This document shows positions 21,912 to 24,000 of a stretch of DNA of 24,000 nucleotides, piece by piece. Positions within the stretch are counted from its first letter, which is position 1. The number at the start of each line of letters is the position of its first letter. The notes below the pieces were generated by a model. That model was not told the DNA's origin, did not search any database, and saw nothing but the letters and a program-made list of their open reading frames with translations. This stretch comes from Actinomycetales bacterium (GTDB lineage Bacteria > Actinomycetota > Actinomycetes > Actinomycetales > Dermatophilaceae): assembly GCA_038258215.1 (NCBI GenBank), contig JBBSQC010000007.1, positions 1-24,000 on the forward strand, in the 5' to 3' direction. A program made the translations under genes and the position numbers.

Positions 21912-22832
21912 ATGGACAGCCAGGGTCAGATCGCGCTTCTCATCGACGCCGACAACGCCCGCGCGGCCCGGATCGAGCTGATCCTCGGCGAGCTCTCGAC
22001 CCTCGGGGAGACCAACATCCGTCGGGCCTATGGGAACTGGACCAAGGCGGGACTGAAGTCCTGGCAGGACGTGCTGCACGAACACGCGATCCGCCCCGTG
22101 CAGCAGTTCGACCAGAGCAAGGGCAAGAACGCGAGCGACATCGCGCTCGCCGTCGACGCGGTGGAGATCCTGCACACCCAGCGCCCCGACGCCTTCGCGC
22201 TGGTGTCGAGCGACGCCGACTTCACTCCGCTCGTCATGCACCTGCGCGAGCACGGCGCCCGCGTCTACGGCTTCGGCGACGCCAAGACGCCCGCACCGTT
22301 CCAGAGCGCCTGCACGCGCTTCCTCGTGCTCGACCGGCTCTCCTCGGGGGGTGAGACCGCCACGGCCTCGGCTTCGGCGGCCGACGAGGAGAGTCCCCCG
22401 CCGAGCGGTGGCCGGGCCCGCAAGGCCTCTGCCCCGGCCACCACCGCCACCACGGGGACCGCCGCCAAGGGGGCCGCGAAGAAGGCGACGTCGAAGAAGG
22501 CGGCGGCCACGGCATCCAGCACACCGCCGCCCCGGGCCACCCGGGCCCAGCTGCGCGGTGACAACAAGCTCGTGGCGCTGTTGCGGCGCACCGTGGAGAG
22601 TGCCGCCGACGACGCGGGCTGGGCCCTCGTGGGGACCGTCGGCAACCGGATCTCGAACCAGTCCTCGTTCGACTCTCGCAACTACGGGTACGCGAAGCTG
22701 AGCAAGCTCCTGGAGGCCACGGACCTCTTCGAGATCAAGGACAGCGGGGCCTCCGGGATGGCCGTGCGGGACCGCCGTAGCGCGGGCGGGGGGTTCACGA
22801 CGGGTGGGCCTGGTGGGAACGACGACGCGTGA
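21912..22832 (+). CDS. NYN (LabA-like PIN-related) domain protein with a C-terminal OST-HTH/LOTUS domain
   Basis: N-terminus IALLIDADNA ... NASDIALAVDAVE ... LVSSDADFTPLV (NYN acidic residues). An Ala/Thr/Lys-rich disordered linker follows. C-terminus GWALVGTVGNRISNQSSFDSRNYGYAKLSKLLEATDLFEI (LOTUS-like). Confidence 0.85.
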   Translation: MDSQGQIALLIDADNARAARIELILGELSTLGETNIRRAYGNWTKAGLKSWQDVLHEHAIRPVQQFDQSKGKNASDIALAVDAVEILHTQRPDAFALVSSDADFTPLVMHLREHGARVYGFGDAKTPAPFQSACTRFLVLDRLSSGGETATASASAADEESPPPSGGRARKASAPATTATTGTAAKGAAKKATSKKAAATASSTPPPRATRAQLRGDNKLVALLRRTVESAADDAGWALVGTVGNRISNQSSFDSRNYGYAKLSKLLEATDLFEIKDSGASGMAVRDRRSAGGGFTTGGPGGNDDA

Positions 22833-22884
22833 CGTGCACAATGGGCGCGCCCGACAACGGTGACGAGTGAGGAATGGACACCCC

Positions 22885-24000
22885 ATGACCACGAGCGAAG
22901 CGAACCGCACCCAGAGCGACCCGGACTTCCGGCCCGGGCTCGAGGGCGTCGTGGCCTTCGAGTCCGAGATCGCCGAACCCGACAAGGAGGGTGGGGCGCT
23001 GCGCTACCGCGGAGTCGACATCAACGACCTCGTGGGCCGCGTGTCCTTCGGCCAGGTGTGGGGGCTGCTCGTGGACGACGATCTCGACCCGGGGCTGCCC
23101 CCCGCCGAGCCCTTCCCGCTCCCGGTGCACACCGGGGACATCCGGGTCGACGTGCAGAGCTCCATCGCCCAGCTCGCGCCGGTCTGGGGTTTCAAGCCGC
23201 TGCTCGACATCAGCGACGAGGAGGCCCGGGAGCAGCTCGCCCGCGCCTCGGTCATGGCGCTGTCCTTCATCGGCCAGTCCGCGCACGGGCAGGGCTCCCC
23301 GATGGTGCCGCAGAGCGAGGTCGACAAGGGCGCCACCATCGCCGAACGGTTCATGATCCGCTGGCGCGGCGAGCCCGACCCCAAGCACGTGGAGGCCATC
23401 GACTCCTACTTCATCTCCGCCGCCGAGCACGGCATGAACGCCTCGACCTTCACCGCGCGCGTCATCGCCTCGACCGGCGCCGACGCCGCCGCCTGCCTCT
23501 CGGGTGCGATCGGGGCCCTGTCCGGGCCCCTGCACGGCGGGGCGCCCTCGCGGGCCCAGCACATGATCGAGGGTGTCGAGCAGATGGGCGACGCGCGCCG
23601 CTACGTGCGCGAGACGCTCGACCGCAAGGAGCGGCTGATGGGCTTCGGGCACCGGGTCTACCGCGCCTACGACCCACGGGCCGCGGTGCTGCGCGACACC
23701 TGCCAGCGCCTCGGGGCACCGCGCTACGAGGTCGCGCTCGAGCTCGAGAAGGCGGCCATCGCCGAGCTCGCGGAGCGGCATCCGGAGCGGGTCATGGAGA
23801 CCAATGTCGACTACTGGGCAGCGGTGCTGCTCGACTTCGCGGAGGTGCCGGGCCAGATGATGACCCCGCTCTTCGCCTGCGCCCGCACCGCCGGCTGGTC
23901 CGCGCACATCCTGGAGCAGAAACGCACCGGGCGCCTCATCCGGCCGAGTGCGCGCTACATCGGCCACGGCCCGCGCGCCATCGAGGACGTCGCCGGCTTC
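22885..24000 (+). CDS. citA: Citrate synthase (type II / CitA-like), 3' end outside window
   Basis: Absent from the ORF track because the frame runs off the window. Hand translation from ATG 22885 (GAGGAA upstream): MTTSEANRTQSDPDFRPGLEGVVAFESEIAEPDKEGGALRYRGVDI ... AEHGMNASTF ... GPLHGGA ... GFGHRVY. The antisense 390-aa ORF is a shadow. Confidence 0.9.
   Translation, partial: MTTSEANRTQSDPDFRPGLEGVVAFESEIAEPDKEGGALRYRGVDINDLVGRVSFGQVWGLLVDDDLDPGLPPAEPFPLPVHTGDIRVDVQSSIAQLAPVWGFKPLLDISDEEAREQLARASVMALSFIGQSAHGQGSPMVPQSEVDKGATIAERFMIRWRGEPDPKHVEAIDSYFISAAEHGMNASTFTARVIASTGADAAACLSGAIGALSGPLHGGAPSRAQHMIEGVEQMGDARRYVRETLDRKERLMGFGHRVYRAYDPRAAVLRDTCQRLGAPRYEVALELEKAAIAELAERHPERVMETNVDYWAAVLLDFAEVPGQMMTPLFACARTAGWSAHILEQKRTGRLIRPSARYIGHGPRAIEDVAGF

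Noticed and set aside
22843-22852. GGGCGCGCCC palindrome after the NYN-LOTUS stop as a terminator or operator
   Set aside because: It has no loop, so it cannot form a hairpin. Short all-GC palindromes are expected by chance at this base composition.
1-24000. Scan for CRISPR arrays, tRNA/rRNA genes, IS elements, integrases, phage or conjugation genes
   Set aside because: There are no spaced direct-repeat arrays and no cloverleaf-like or rRNA-like segments in the short intergenic regions. No transposase or integrase-like translation was found, and no terminal inverted repeats flank any block. The only repeats are those listed as features.

Overview
High-G+C (roughly 70% by eye, not computed) actinobacterial-type chromosomal DNA; real genes show strong G/C third-position bias, and most long ORFs on the opposite strand are shadow ORFs. 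Bases 1-11287 (+ strand) are the distal part of a [NiFe]-hydrogenase operon. It holds the 3' end of the large subunit with a DPCLPCGVH C-terminus, then a NifU-like protein and three conserved unknowns. Next come a 39-aa membrane ORF missing from the ORF track, the maturation endopeptidase, hypC, hypF, a second hypC, hypD, hypE and a terminal unknown. Almost all are joined by ATGA/TGATG overlaps. The context fits an actinobacterial group 1h/5 (Hhy-type) enzyme; hypA/hypB and the small subunit are not in the window. Bases 11.3-16 kb hold small accessory genes: a DUF2231-like membrane protein, a DUF1059-like protein, an ECF41/SigJ-like sigma factor with a fused NTF2-like domain, two small membrane proteins, a stand-alone macro domain, and a secreted LAS-type-motif wall-hydrolase-like protein followed by an NlpC/P60 remnant. 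Bases 16-24 kb hold ideR, two MFS transporters, a hotdog-fold/SDR pair, pdxH, a NYN+LOTUS protein and a 3'-truncated citrate synthase. Main hunt results: (1) the motif GTCACA-N16-CGTC occurs twice, upstream of the sigma gene and upstream of the DUF1059 gene, suggesting a compact autoregulated ECF41-like regulon with a non-canonical target. (2) An orphan 20-bp perfect AT-rich palindrome sits in a divergent promoter region. (3) A translationally coupled block of uncharacterised Cys-motif proteins plus a hidden micro-ORF lies inside the hydrogenase operon. (4) The terminal hydrogenase-cluster unknown has a HypC-like C-terminal half. (5) A TAnnnT box lies exactly 7 nt before the start codon of four genes, suggesting leaderless transcription. 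No tRNA, rRNA, CRISPR array, transposase or integrase was seen. Family names (DUFxxxx) come from memory of similar annotated loci and need a database search.
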